In this document: in pieces, positions 9,697 through 20,278 of the stretch | Layout of the letters: each line of letters starts with the position of its first letter | Numbering within the stretch: the first letter of the stretch is position 1 | Source of the DNA: an uncultured virus (IMG/VR IMGVR_UViG_3300025132_000029) | Taxonomy: Duplodnaviria > Heunggongvirae > Uroviricota > Caudoviricetes | DNA: 64,000 bases | IMG/VR virus record: IMGVR_UViG_3300025132_000029 | Reading direction: 5' to 3' (one strand) | Made by a program: the position numbers and the translations under genes | Notes under the pieces: generated by a model | What the model saw: the letters and a program-made list of their open reading frames with translations, nothing else | Told to the model about the DNA's origin: nothing | Databases searched by the model: none

Positions 9697-12126
9697 ATGC
9701 AATTAGGAAACTGGCTAGCTGAACAAATACTTTTAGAGCAATCTAATATAAAAACCGTTGTTGCAATTTACCCAGGTAGATTTCAACCAATGGGAAAACA
9801 TCATGCACAAACCTACCGTGCACTAACATCAAAGTTTGATGATGTTTGGGTTGCAACAAGTGGAAAGGTTAGTCTTCCAAAGTCACCGTTTTCTTTTGGT
9901 GAAAAAAAGAAGATAATAAACTCTCATGGAATATCAAAGGTAAAACAGGTCAAAAATCCATACCAAGCTACAGAGATATTAAATAAGTATGACCCAGAAA
10001 CAACAGCTGCCGTATTCATTGTTGGCAAGAAAGATGCAAGCAGATTAGGAGGCAAGTTTTTTAGGCCCTGGAAGGGTAAAGCACAAATCGGATATAAGGA
10101 TGGCGCATATACATATATAGCACCACATGTGTCCCTAAGTGTTCCAGGCTATGGAGAAATGAGTGGAACTGCAATACGTAAAGCTCTAGGCGATACATCA
10201 CTTGAAAAGAAAGATAAAGTAAAAGTATTTAAGGGAATATTTGGCCACACAAAAAATTATGATTTCATTGTAAAGAAACTTGAAAAGTTAAATGAGATTG
10301 TTGAAGGCTTTGTAAATAGTTTTGATTTTAGTAAATTTATTAATGAAACATCAGCAACACCAAATAATAATTCAGATGTAGATGATGGACCAAGATATTT
10401 TTATGGCTATCAAAAAGCGTATAGGGAATCCACAGCTGAGATTGCAAAGAGCTTAGGTATGAGTGTATTAAATTATATTGTTGGTGATGAAGAGTTTTTT
10501 CAACATGACACTGTATACCCTAATGGTCCAACTGGTGCCGTTTCATATTTTCCAACAGGTGTACCCGGCCAACAAACTGGTACAAATGTTTACAAAGACT
10601 CAGTTGGAAAAGTTGCATATAAAAAATACATAGAACACATTTCGTCTGTTGCACAACAAGTTGGTTATAAGTTTATTGATTTTATTAGTTTAGATAAATT
10701 TATAGATGATAGTCCAGACGAACCAAAAAACATTACCAAATATGATTTAACAGAAAACATAAATTTACCAATAGAGGTTGGTGATACTGTTATGATGGGA
10801 AAGTTCAAAAATAAAAAAGTTGTTGTTAAAGATATATCTTGGAATGATAAGGGTGACTTATTAATAAATGGAAGACCTGCATTAAAAATTAGAATACCTA
10901 AAAAACAAAATATATTTAATGAAGGTTTAATTTTAGAAGGTGGTGCATACGGTCATATGTCTCACCCATTTGATGATAAAGGCTTAACATTTGGTGATTT
11001 CAAAAAAATAATTGAACTAGGACTTCAAGGAAGTATAGATTTAGAACAATCAGCAACTGAAAAAACAGATGGTCAAAATTTATTTATTAGTTGGAATAAT
11101 AAATTAGTTGCTGCAAGAAATACTGGTGATATAAAGCGTGGTGGAAAAGATTCTAAAGCAATTGCAAAAAAGTTTGCTGGCAGAGGAAATATAGAAAAAG
11201 CATTTAATTATGCAATGAGAGATTTATCAAAGGCAATTGGTGGATTGAGTGATAAACAAAAAAAGAAAATATTTGATGATGGAAACAACTGGGTGAATAT
11301 GGAAATAATGTACCCGGCATCCTCAAATGTAATTAATTATGATGCACCATATTTACAATTTCACAATGTATTAAAATATAAAAATGGAAGTGCAGTTGGT
11401 GCCGTACATGATGGTGCAAGAATATTGGCTGGAATGGTTAAGCAAACAAATCAAAATGTACAAAAAAGTTTTAGTGTTATTGGACCTAAAATATTAAAGG
11501 TTAAACCTCATCAAGATTTTGGTGCAAAAAAATCATACTTTATTGGAAAGCTTAATAAATTGATGTCAAAATATAATATGGGAAATAGTAATACATTTGG
11601 CGAATATCATCAGGCATGGTGGGAAGATTATGTTGAAAAGAATTTAGGTGCAGTTGACAATACAATAAAGATGGGCTTGGTTAAACGCTGGGCATTTTTT
11701 GATAAATCATTTAGGTTAAATTCAAAAACAATTCCAGATAAAGACATCTTGACAAAAGTTATTGAAATTGACAAACAAAAACATGTAGACCAAGTAAAGA
11801 AAAATATGTTTCCATTTGAAACTTTGTTTTTTGAATTAGGTGCTGAGGTACTTAAAAATGTAGAAGGCTTTCTAGCCGGAAATCCAGAAAAAGCAGTTCA
11901 AAATGTTAGAAGACAAGTTGCAAAAGCAATTGGTGATGTTAGAAAAGGCGGTGACCTAAAAAAATTAAATAGATTAACACAACAACTTGAAAAGATAAAG
12001 GCTATTGGTGGATTCAAAACAATCATACCAAGTGAAGGTTTAGTTTTTATTTATAAAGGAAAAACATATAAGTTAACAGGAAGCTTTGGACCAGTAAATC
12101 AAATCACTGGATTGATGAGCTTTTAG
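9697..12126 (+). CDS. Multidomain protein: N-terminal cytidylyltransferase-like (HIGH superfamily) domain and C-terminal RNA-ligase-like nucleotidyltransferase domain
   Basis: YPGRFQPMGKHH and MSGTAIRKAL motifs; EKTDGQN (KxDG), NMEIMY, SEGLVF, YKLTG resemble ligase motifs I/III/IV/V. Confidence 0.7.
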   Translation: MQLGNWLAEQILLEQSNIKTVVAIYPGRFQPMGKHHAQTYRALTSKFDDVWVATSGKVSLPKSPFSFGEKKKIINSHGISKVKQVKNPYQATEILNKYDPETTAAVFIVGKKDASRLGGKFFRPWKGKAQIGYKDGAYTYIAPHVSLSVPGYGEMSGTAIRKALGDTSLEKKDKVKVFKGIFGHTKNYDFIVKKLEKLNEIVEGFVNSFDFSKFINETSATPNNNSDVDDGPRYFYGYQKAYRESTAEIAKSLGMSVLNYIVGDEEFFQHDTVYPNGPTGAVSYFPTGVPGQQTGTNVYKDSVGKVAYKKYIEHISSVAQQVGYKFIDFISLDKFIDDSPDEPKNITKYDLTENINLPIEVGDTVMMGKFKNKKVVVKDISWNDKGDLLINGRPALKIRIPKKQNIFNEGLILEGGAYGHMSHPFDDKGLTFGDFKKIIELGLQGSIDLEQSATEKTDGQNLFISWNNKLVAARNTGDIKRGGKDSKAIAKKFAGRGNIEKAFNYAMRDLSKAIGGLSDKQKKKIFDDGNNWVNMEIMYPASSNVINYDAPYLQFHNVLKYKNGSAVGAVHDGARILAGMVKQTNQNVQKSFSVIGPKILKVKPHQDFGAKKSYFIGKLNKLMSKYNMGNSNTFGEYHQAWWEDYVEKNLGAVDNTIKMGLVKRWAFFDKSFRLNSKTIPDKDILTKVIEIDKQKHVDQVKKNMFPFETLFFELGAEVLKNVEGFLAGNPEKAVQNVRRQVAKAIGDVRKGGDLKKLNRLTQQLEKIKAIGGFKTIIPSEGLVFIYKGKTYKLTGSFGPVNQITGLMSF

Positions 12127-12137
12127 TATTTGACATT

Positions 12138-12145
12138 ATATTTAT
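12138..12145 (+). promoter_or_regulatory. Putative late promoter motif ATATTTAT
   Basis: Recurrent motif. Confidence 0.55.
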
Positions 12146-12174
12146 AGATATATTATTTACAAAGATAGGGCAAT

Positions 12175-12753
12175 ATGAAAAAGGCTATTAGCGAAAGTAA
12201 AGTGCAGAGAATGAGAAACCTAGTAATGGGTAATCACAATGCAAAAACTAAAGTTCAGTCAGGTTATGTAACATCAACAGTTGAACATTCAGAAGGTGAT
12301 GTTTGGACTGAAGGTGGAAAAGAATGGACAATAAAAAACGGAATAAAACAAACTGTTAATAAATTAAATAGTATCCGTAAATTATTGTTTATGCCATTAA
12401 CTTGTCCAGAATGTAATAGTAGAATGCGAGGTGAAATTGACAAAGCATCTTGGAACATAAATAAGAAATGTCATACATGTGTTGAAAAGGAAGAATCAAA
12501 ACTTAAGACTAAAAATCTTACAGAAGTTAGAGCATATGAAAAAGAAGTTGTTAGTAGAATAAAAAAGGACGGTGAAATCTGGCTAAAAGATGTAACTAGT
12601 GAATTTGAAGATTTTATATCTGCTGATGTAAAAAATCAATATGTAACGGAGGCTGGGACAATTGAAGATTGGTCAGGCGGAAAGAGTAAAACACAACAAA
12701 GACAAGAATTTGACAAAAAGATAGCTAAAGCAAAGAAGAACATTGAGGAGTAA
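12175..12753 (+). CDS. Hypothetical zinc-finger protein
   Basis: CPEC...CHTC pair; 192 aa. Confidence 0.7.
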   Translation: MKKAISESKVQRMRNLVMGNHNAKTKVQSGYVTSTVEHSEGDVWTEGGKEWTIKNGIKQTVNKLNSIRKLLFMPLTCPECNSRMRGEIDKASWNINKKCHTCVEKEESKLKTKNLTEVRAYEKEVVSRIKKDGEIWLKDVTSEFEDFISADVKNQYVTEAGTIEDWSGGKSKTQQRQEFDKKIAKAKKNIEE

Positions 12754-12757
12754 AAAA

Positions 12758-13012
12758 ATGCCTAGATTGACAAACGAACATCTGCACACAAACATAAAGC
12801 TAGTCCAACAAGACTTAGAATATGTAAAAACAAATCAAGAAAAAATGCAATCCGATTTGTCAATGATAAAAAAGCAATTGTTGTCACCAGATGATGGTGC
12901 AATTGCAAGAGTAAATAAAAACACAGACTTTAGAAATAAAACACAAAAAGTATTATGGTCAATATGGATTGCACTTATTGGTATAATCGGTAAATTGATA
13001 TTTTGGAATTAA
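12758..13012 (+). CDS. Small coiled-coil protein with C-terminal transmembrane helix (possible lysis-related protein)
   Basis: GAGGAG SD before ATG 12758; C-terminal VLWSIWIALIGIIGKLIFW. Confidence 0.6.
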   Translation: MPRLTNEHLHTNIKLVQQDLEYVKTNQEKMQSDLSMIKKQLLSPDDGAIARVNKNTDFRNKTQKVLWSIWIALIGIIGKLIFWN

Positions 13013-13016
13013 AACT

Positions 13017-14516
13017 ATGAAAAAGAAAACACTACAAAAATTAGTTAAAGAACAAGTAGCTTCATTACTAACAGAAAAATTTGCTTCTAAAAAAATTACA
13101 GATATGTATCGTAAAATTACTGGTGGTAGATATACAACCGATAAAAAATTCTGGGGCGCTGCATCAAAGGCGTATGGCATTGAGTGGGACAAGGTAACAG
13201 ACGACATGGTATCTGGACCAACGGGAAGAATGACAAGAAAAGGTTTTGAATTTCTTCTTGCAGCCAAAGACATGGTAGTGCGTGGTAGTGGTAGATATGA
13301 TTATGGCAGAACCATAAAGAAAGGTCAAATACTTAGTGCTACATATAATGGTAAGGCAATATATTTTGGAAGAAGTGGTGTAACAACTGGTGCTGCATCA
13401 GCTGGAACATATCCTGAATACATAGGACTTAATGTAATGGGATTCAAAAATGCAGACCAAATTATCAAAAAACTTCCAGGCAAAGTTGAGGTATACCAAA
13501 TAGATGTGGATAAAGCTCGTGGTGCAAAGGGTAAACGACAAGGTAGGTCAGACGCAAGAGCAGGTGCAACTGCACTTATGGACTTTAGAGATATTAAAAG
13601 AAAAAACCAAGCAAGATATGAAAAGGCACTAACTGATAGATTGGCTAAATCAAGTCCAGTTGACCAAGCTTGGAAAATGGTAGAGGCAACTCAAAAAATG
13701 ATAAATGATGCATTAAAGAAAGACCTTGATATGTTAAAGAAAGGAAAGGCTAAAGATAGCTGGAGAAGTTCAAGTAGCATACTACAAAATGCATACAATA
13801 ATATGACAAGGTCAATAACAAATATATTGAGTAATGAAAATGCTGCTATTAAAGGTGCAGAAAAAGATAAAGCAAATAAGTTAAAGTCCGGTGATAAACA
13901 ATCATGGAGTGAAGAGAAATATTATTTGGATAGAATTGTTGAAGAAGCCAGAAGCATTCAAAAAGAATATAAAGAAATGAAAATGGCATTATCTAAAATC
14001 AATAAAGATAGGGAATATATTTCAGTTGTTAGAGAGCTTAAAAAAATTGGCCAAATGAATAAGAATGCACCAAAGGCTGATTATTCTGAAGATTCAAATA
14101 TGAATGAATCAGCAGAAAAAGGTCTTAAAGCAATTCCTGGAGTATTATCTTTTGATATAGAACAATTTCTGAAGAAACAAAAAGATGCTAAAAAACTAAC
14201 TAAAGGTAGTTTTACAGATTTAGTAAAGGCACTACATTCTAGAGGCTTTGGAGAAATTCCTAATGGGGCAAACCTTAGAAATTGGAAAGCAGTAGTTAAA
14301 AAGCATATCAAAGAATCTAACGTAAATGAATCAAAGAAACAACTTAAAGAAGAATACATTGAAATCATGAGAGACCTTGATAAAGGTTTGGCATTAGTAA
14401 AAGATTCATGGTTAGATTGGAAGAGAGGCCCTATGACAGAGCCAAGTGATATTAAACCAGCACAAAAAGAGTTGATTGGTTATATTGCAAAATGGATAAA
14501 GAAGAATATAAAGTAG
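13017..14516 (+). CDS. Lys-rich hypothetical protein, probable internal head protein
   Basis: N-terminal LVKE...LLTE and C-terminal MNE/IKE/VNE/LKE motifs resembling gp21 cleavage sites. Confidence 0.6.
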   Translation: MKKKTLQKLVKEQVASLLTEKFASKKITDMYRKITGGRYTTDKKFWGAASKAYGIEWDKVTDDMVSGPTGRMTRKGFEFLLAAKDMVVRGSGRYDYGRTIKKGQILSATYNGKAIYFGRSGVTTGAASAGTYPEYIGLNVMGFKNADQIIKKLPGKVEVYQIDVDKARGAKGKRQGRSDARAGATALMDFRDIKRKNQARYEKALTDRLAKSSPVDQAWKMVEATQKMINDALKKDLDMLKKGKAKDSWRSSSSILQNAYNNMTRSITNILSNENAAIKGAEKDKANKLKSGDKQSWSEEKYYLDRIVEEARSIQKEYKEMKMALSKINKDREYISVVRELKKIGQMNKNAPKADYSEDSNMNESAEKGLKAIPGVLSFDIEQFLKKQKDAKKLTKGSFTDLVKALHSRGFGEIPNGANLRNWKAVVKKHIKESNVNESKKQLKEEYIEIMRDLDKGLALVKDSWLDWKRGPMTEPSDIKPAQKELIGYIAKWIKKNIK

Positions 14517-14523
14517 GGTAAAT

Positions 14524-14817
14524 ATGAAAAGGTCTGCAATATCAAAAATAGTATCTGAAGAACTCGGCAATATAAAAGAAGCTTCTATTTCTAAAAGATT
14601 CCAAAAGGCAACTGAGGAATATCAAAAAATAGAACTCAAAATGCAGACTATTGTTAAAAAATTTATTGCTGAAAAAAATCCAAGAAAGAAAGAACAATAT
14701 AAAAATCAATTACGAGATTTAACGGCTAAAAAGTCAGTAGCGGAAAAAGAATTCAAAGCCGCACTTCTTGGCGAACCGGTAACATTAAGTTCTTCACGAT
14801 TGGATTCATTAATATAA
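14524..14817 (+). CDS. Hypothetical protein (possible internal head protein)
   Basis: 97 aa, IVSE/NIKE leader, coiled coil. Confidence 0.6.
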   Translation: MKRSAISKIVSEELGNIKEASISKRFQKATEEYQKIELKMQTIVKKFIAEKNPRKKEQYKNQLRDLTAKKSVAEKEFKAALLGEPVTLSSSRLDSLI

Positions 14818-14832
14818 TTAGGAGAGTAAGTT

Positions 14833-15231
14833 ATGGGTTTAGGATTAGGTAAATTATTTACAGGTGGTGCCGGAGAACTAGTAGAATCAGTTGGTGGTGT
14901 ACTTGATAATCTAACAACTTCCAAAGAAGAAAAATTAGAAGCTAAAAGAAAAATGAAAGAACTCATTGCCAACCATGAAGCGGCAATGGAAAAAAACATT
15001 ACAGATAGATGGAATGCAGATATGAATTCTGATTCTTGGTTATCAAAAAATGTAAGGCCAATGGTTCTTATATTTTTAATAGTATGTACTATGTTGTTAA
15101 TATTCATCGATGCTGGAACAATAGCATTTGAAGTTGAAGAAAAATGGACAGATCTTTTACAATTAGTACTTATCACTGTAATTGGTGCATATTTTGGTGG
15201 TCGTTCATTAGAAAAGACAAAGAAAAAATAA
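14833..15231 (+). CDS. Holin, GTA 3TM holin-like family
   Basis: DSWLSKNVRP, hydrophobic helices, GAYFGGRSLEK C-terminus; GGAG SD. Confidence 0.75.
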   Translation: MGLGLGKLFTGGAGELVESVGGVLDNLTTSKEEKLEAKRKMKELIANHEAAMEKNITDRWNADMNSDSWLSKNVRPMVLIFLIVCTMLLIFIDAGTIAFEVEEKWTDLLQLVLITVIGAYFGGRSLEKTKKK

Positions 15232-15298
15232 TACTAGTTGAAAGGGTTCAAACTAGAAAAATAATTTCATTTTTTTTAACTTATTAACCTTTTCATAT

Positions 15299-15306
15299 AT
15301 ATTTAT
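15299..15306 (+). promoter_or_regulatory. Putative late promoter motif ATATTTAT (near-leaderless terminase mRNA)
   Basis: Motif ends 6 nt before ATG 15313, with no SD. Confidence 0.55.
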
Positions 15307-15312
15307 ATATGT

Positions 15313-16887
15313 ATGAGCAATAAAAAATCAATAAAAGATATTATTCGTGAAGAGTATAAGCGGTGTTCATCTGACCCCGTACACTTCATGCGAAAGTATT
15401 GCCAAATTCAACACCCAACACGTGGTAAAATAAACTTTAATTTATATCCATTTCAGGAAAAGACACTACAACAACTTCAAGGAAATGATTACAATATTAT
15501 ATTGAAGTCTAGGCAGTTAGGTATATCTACACTATCTGCAGGATATTCATTATGGTCAATGTTATTTAATGAAGACTTTAATTGTTTAGTTATTGCAACA
15601 AAACAAGATGTAGCAAAAAATCTTGTTACAAAAGTTAGAATTATGCATGACTTTTTACCAAGTTGGTTAAAGGGTCAATGTACAGAAGATAATAAGTTAA
15701 GTTTACGATTTAAGAATGGCTCACAAATAAAAGCAGTATCTGCTGCTGGAGATGCAGGTCGTTCTGAAGCACTATCATTGCTAGTAATGGATGAGGCAGC
15801 ATTTATTGACAAGATTGATGAAATATGGGCATCTGCTCAACAAACTCTTGCAACAGGTGGTAAGGCAATTGTACTATCTACACCAAACGGTGTTGGAAAC
15901 TTTTTTCATAAAACATGGACAAAAGCTGAGGCCGGTGAAAACCTATTTAATACAATTAGACTTCATTGGTCACTACACCCAGAACGTGATAAAGATTGGC
16001 GAGAACAACAAGATGAATTACTTGGTCCAAAAATGGCAGCACAAGAATGTGATTGTGATTTTGTTAGTTCAGGTAATACTGTTGTTGATGGTAATCTTAT
16101 TGAGTGGTACAGGGAATCACATGCACAAGACCCAATAGAAACTAGAGGGTTTGATGGAAATTATTGGATTTGGGAACAACCAAACTATAGTAAATCATAT
16201 ATGGTTGTAGCCGATGTAGCTAGAGGTGATGGTACTGACTACTCTGCATTTCATGTAATAGATATTGATGACTGTTCACAAGTAGCAGAATATCGAGGAC
16301 AATTAACACCAAAGGAATTTGGAAATATGTTAGTTGCTGTTGCAACAGAATATAATGATGCATTACTTGTAATTGAAAATGCCAATGTTGGTTGGGGCTC
16401 AATACAAAGTGCAATTGATAGGGATTATAAGAATCTTTATTATACATATAAACAAGATGGTGTAGTAGATGCAACTACCCAACTTACAAAGGGCTATGAC
16501 TTAAAAGACAAAAGTCAAATGACCCCAGGTTTTACAACATCTGCAAAAACAAGACCACTTTTAATATCGAAGATTGATATTTATTTTAGAGAAAAGTCAT
16601 TCATTGTTAGGTCAAAAAGACTATTAGACGAACTATTAGTTTTTATATGGAATGGTCACAAGGCTGAGGCACAAAGTGGCTATAATGATGATTTGGTAAT
16701 ATCTTTAGGAATAGGCTTATGGGTAAGAGATACTGCACTTAAGCTTAGGAATGAAGGTATATCTCTAAATAGGCGGGCATTAAATTCAATATCCAAAACT
16801 GGAGTTTACTCATCTGTTAACCCAAACACAGATTGGTCAATGAAGATTAAGGGTAATGATGAAGATATTAGTTGGTTAATAAAATAG
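15313..16887 (+). CDS. terL: Terminase large subunit (T4 gp17-like)
   Basis: KSRQLGIST Walker A, LLVMDEAAF Walker B, STPNG, nuclease motifs ADVARG.G.DYS and YNDDLV. Confidence 0.95.
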   Translation: MSNKKSIKDIIREEYKRCSSDPVHFMRKYCQIQHPTRGKINFNLYPFQEKTLQQLQGNDYNIILKSRQLGISTLSAGYSLWSMLFNEDFNCLVIATKQDVAKNLVTKVRIMHDFLPSWLKGQCTEDNKLSLRFKNGSQIKAVSAAGDAGRSEALSLLVMDEAAFIDKIDEIWASAQQTLATGGKAIVLSTPNGVGNFFHKTWTKAEAGENLFNTIRLHWSLHPERDKDWREQQDELLGPKMAAQECDCDFVSSGNTVVDGNLIEWYRESHAQDPIETRGFDGNYWIWEQPNYSKSYMVVADVARGDGTDYSAFHVIDIDDCSQVAEYRGQLTPKEFGNMLVAVATEYNDALLVIENANVGWGSIQSAIDRDYKNLYYTYKQDGVVDATTQLTKGYDLKDKSQMTPGFTTSAKTRPLLISKIDIYFREKSFIVRSKRLLDELLVFIWNGHKAEAQSGYNDDLVISLGIGLWVRDTALKLRNEGISLNRRALNSISKTGVYSSVNPNTDWSMKIKGNDEDISWLIK

Positions 16888-16906
16888 GTTATATAGGAGA
16901 AAATAC

Positions 16907-18748
16907 ATGGCAGACAAAACTCTTTTTGGACGATTAAGAAAACTGTTTTCAACAGGCGTAATTATGCGTAGGGTTGGAACTGGTCTAAAAGTCGTTGACA
17001 CACAGAGAATACAGTCATCAGGAAATCTTGAAAGTAATAGATTAGTTGATAGATACAATAGATTACACTCACCATCAGCAGCATATTCGGTTTACCAACC
17101 AGGACAAGGACATGTTGCATTAAGAATAGAATTATTTAATGATTATGAAGCTATGGATATGGATCCAATTATAGCATCTGCTTTAGATATTTATGCTGAT
17201 GAATGTTGTGTAAAAAATGAATTTGGTGATATACTAACAATTAATACAACAAATGATGCAATAAAGAAAACACTTCATAATTTGTTTTATGACGTAATGA
17301 ATATAGAATTTAATCTACATCCGTGGATTAGAAACCTTGTAAAGTATGGTGACTTTTATTTACAATTAGATATAACAGAAAAGTATGGTGTTACAGGCGT
17401 ACACCCAATGTCTTCTTATTATGTAATACGTGAAGAAGGTGTAGACCCAAATCAACCAGAATATGTTAGGTTTGTTGTTGACGAATCTCAAGGTGGTCAA
17501 ATTTATGGTTCAAATATGTCTCATAAAGAATATTTAGAAAACTATGAAGTTGCACACTTTAGGTTACTCGGTGATACAAACTTTTTACCTTATGGAAGGT
17601 CAATGGTAGAACCTGCAAGAAAGGGATGGAAACAACTAACACTTATGGAAGATGCAATGTTGATTCATAGAATTATGCGTGCACCAGAAAGAAGAGTGTT
17701 TAAGATTGATATAGGAAATATACCACCAGCTGAAGTTGATAACTATATGCAACAAACAATTAACAAAATGAAAAAAGCTCCTTTTGTTGATGAAAAGACT
17801 GGTGATTATAACTTAAAGTTTAATATACAAAATATGCTTGAGGACTATTATCTTCCAGTTAGAGGTGGACAGAGTGGAACTGAAATAGAATCATTAAGTG
17901 GAATGGAATTTAATGGTACAGAAGATGTTGAATATTTAAGAAACAAAATGATGGCTGGTCTAAAAATACCAAAAGCATTTTTAGGCTATGATGAAAACGT
18001 TGAAGGTAAGGCTACTTTAGCCGCTGAGGATGTTAGGTTTGCAAGAACAATTGAAAGAATACAAAAAATTGTAGTAAGTGAACTAACAAAAATTGCAATT
18101 GTGCATTTATATACACAAGGGTATCATGAATCTGATTTAGTTAACTTTGACTTGTCATTAACAAATACATCAACGATTGCTGAAAATGAAAAGATTGAAC
18201 TTTGGAATAGTAAAGTAAATTTAGCATCATCTATGAAAGACATTAATATGATGTCAGAAGATTGGATATATAAAAATATTTTTAATCTATCAAGTAATGA
18301 ATCAGGTACTGAAAAGAATCGGGTAATAAACGACTTAAAACAACAATTTAGGCGTGAGCAAATAAAGATGGAAGGTAATGACCCAGCACAGTCTGGTGAA
18401 GCACTAGGTACTCCACATACACTTGCAACTCTAGACCCTGAAAAGAATTTAGAGCCACGTGATACTGCAATATTTGGCGGAGAAGAAGAAACTAGAGGAA
18501 GACCTGAAGAAGGTCCAAAGCCAGGAACTGATTCTTCAGCAAGAGGTAGAGACCCATTAGGAAATAAAACTTTAACTCAAGATTATAATAATCGTGATAG
18601 GCGAACAGTGTCAACAGAGATAAAAAAGTCATTGGACGCAAAGTTTAGTAAGAAAAAAGTTATTAGTGAATTGTATAATGAAAATAATGTTAGTGAACCA
18701 AGCTTATTGGATGAAAAAAACATCATTGATGATGAAAAACTACAATAG
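16907..18748 (+). CDS. Portal protein (T4 gp20-like)
   Basis: LMEDAMLIHRIMRAPERRVFKIDIGN, EDYYLPVRGG, GLKIPK motifs. Confidence 0.95.
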   Translation: MADKTLFGRLRKLFSTGVIMRRVGTGLKVVDTQRIQSSGNLESNRLVDRYNRLHSPSAAYSVYQPGQGHVALRIELFNDYEAMDMDPIIASALDIYADECCVKNEFGDILTINTTNDAIKKTLHNLFYDVMNIEFNLHPWIRNLVKYGDFYLQLDITEKYGVTGVHPMSSYYVIREEGVDPNQPEYVRFVVDESQGGQIYGSNMSHKEYLENYEVAHFRLLGDTNFLPYGRSMVEPARKGWKQLTLMEDAMLIHRIMRAPERRVFKIDIGNIPPAEVDNYMQQTINKMKKAPFVDEKTGDYNLKFNIQNMLEDYYLPVRGGQSGTEIESLSGMEFNGTEDVEYLRNKMMAGLKIPKAFLGYDENVEGKATLAAEDVRFARTIERIQKIVVSELTKIAIVHLYTQGYHESDLVNFDLSLTNTSTIAENEKIELWNSKVNLASSMKDINMMSEDWIYKNIFNLSSNESGTEKNRVINDLKQQFRREQIKMEGNDPAQSGEALGTPHTLATLDPEKNLEPRDTAIFGGEEETRGRPEEGPKPGTDSSARGRDPLGNKTLTQDYNNRDRRTVSTEIKKSLDAKFSKKKVISELYNENNVSEPSLLDEKNIIDDEKLQ

Positions 18749-18763
18749 TTTGAATGTAACATT

Positions 18764-18771
18764 ATATTTAT
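18764..18771 (+). promoter_or_regulatory. Putative late promoter motif ATATTTAT
   Basis: Recurrent motif. Confidence 0.6.
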
Positions 18772-18801
18772 ATATGAGTATAAATTTATAAGTGGAAAAA
18801 A

Positions 18802-19677
18802 ATGATAAAGCACAGTAAATATAAAAATACTGGAATTTTATTTGAGCTTTTAGTAAGACAAACTGCAAGTGATACTCTTAAGGGTGTAAAGAAATCAAAA
18901 TCATTGAATATGATAAATAAATTCTTCAATGGTTCTACATCTTTAGGAAAGGAACTAGTATTGTATCAAGGTTTGGTTAAAGAAACTTTTGATAAAGATA
19001 CAAAGGCCGAAAGGTTTATTAGTGCAGTACTTACTGAAAGAAGTAAATTAAGTAACAGAAACATAAAGGGTGAAAAGTATAATTTGATTAGAGAAATAAA
19101 AAATAATTATGACTTAAAGTCATTCTTTAACCAAAGAATACCAGATTATAAAGTACAAGCAACAATTTATAAAATGTTTGAACAAGAAACTGGTCGTAAA
19201 AAAATAAACCCAGTTAATTCTGTAAATAACCATTTCACAATTCTTGAACATATAACAAGAGGAAAGGTTAAACATGCACCAGTTCAACCAACAGAATTAA
19301 TAAATGAGTACTCAAAACAAAATGAAGAGTTAAGACTTTTATCATATAAAATATTAGTTGATAAATTTAATGAAAAATACGGAAAGTCATTAAATGAATC
19401 TCAAAAAATGATATTAAAGAAATATATTAATAATATTTCAAATACAAAAGTATTAGCTGAATTTGTAAAATCTAAATTACCTATTATTGAAAATGATTTA
19501 ACAAGAATTGGAAATAAGATTGGTGATAAAGTAGTTAAGATAAAATTAAATGAAGTGGTTAATCAATTAAAATCATTTTCAACATTAAAAGTAATTAAGG
19601 AAAATCACTTAGTTACTTTGTTAAGATATTATGAACTTATCCAGGAGTGTAAACATGTCATTGATAAAAAAGTTTGA
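18802..19677 (+). CDS. Hypothetical head-module protein
   Basis: 291-aa ORF between portal and protease. Confidence 0.7.
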   Translation: MIKHSKYKNTGILFELLVRQTASDTLKGVKKSKSLNMINKFFNGSTSLGKELVLYQGLVKETFDKDTKAERFISAVLTERSKLSNRNIKGEKYNLIREIKNNYDLKSFFNQRIPDYKVQATIYKMFEQETGRKKINPVNSVNNHFTILEHITRGKVKHAPVQPTELINEYSKQNEELRLLSYKILVDKFNEKYGKSLNESQKMILKKYINNISNTKVLAEFVKSKLPIIENDLTRIGNKIGDKVVKIKLNEVVNQLKSFSTLKVIKENHLVTLLRYYELIQECKHVIDKKV

Positions 19678-20161
19678 TACCCTAGTTGAAAAAATACTTG
19701 AAGGGGAATACGACATTCAAGAAACGGAAAAGGATGAAGACCTTGACGAGATGAGTGTAACTGGCGGTGTGGCTGGTTATCAAACTCCGTATGCATTTAG
19801 TGGTAAAACACCAAAGGATAAGAAGAAAAGAAAAAAAACAGCAACTGCAAGTACTGGGTATGAAGTTGTTGATGAAAAGAAAATTTCTCATGGGGATGTT
19901 CTTAGGGAAATTTATGGTCTTAACTATAACAAGTATAAAAAAGATGAATCTCTTAATGCAAAGCAAAAAGTTAATGGTGCTATAAGAGAAGTATCAAAAA
20001 GATTACTTCAAATAGAAAGAATAGTAAATAGAAATATAAAATTAAAAACAGAAGCAGGCGTGGATGGAAATCAGTATTGGAAATCTACAAGAAAAAATTT
20101 AGGAAAGATATCAGAAAGAATGAATAGGATTTCTGCAAGATTAAGGAATTTATCATCATGA
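19655..20161 (+). CDS. Hypothetical head-module protein (possible prohead core component)
   Basis: AGGAG SD favours ATG 19655; ILE/LDE/LRE motifs. Confidence 0.65.
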   Translation: MSLIKKFDTLVEKILEGEYDIQETEKDEDLDEMSVTGGVAGYQTPYAFSGKTPKDKKKRKKTATASTGYEVVDEKKISHGDVLREIYGLNYNKYKKDESLNAKQKVNGAIREVSKRLLQIERIVNRNIKLKTEAGVDGNQYWKSTRKNLGKISERMNRISARLRNLSS

Positions 20162-20277
20162 AAATATCAGAAGAAATTTCACCTGCCGATATGAAAAAAA
20201 TCAGAGAGCTTATTCGAAAAGAAATAGCTGAAGTGTATTTTTCTTTATATCGTAAAAGAGCAGTATGGGGAGCATAA
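20158..20277 (+). CDS. Small hypothetical protein, 39 aa (not in ORF track)
   Basis: MKISEEISPADMKKIRELIRKEIAEVYFSLYRKRAVWGA; ATGA overlap with the upstream stop; fills the gap exactly. Confidence 0.65.
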   Translation: MKISEEISPADMKKIRELIRKEIAEVYFSLYRKRAVWGA

Positions 20278-20278
20278 C

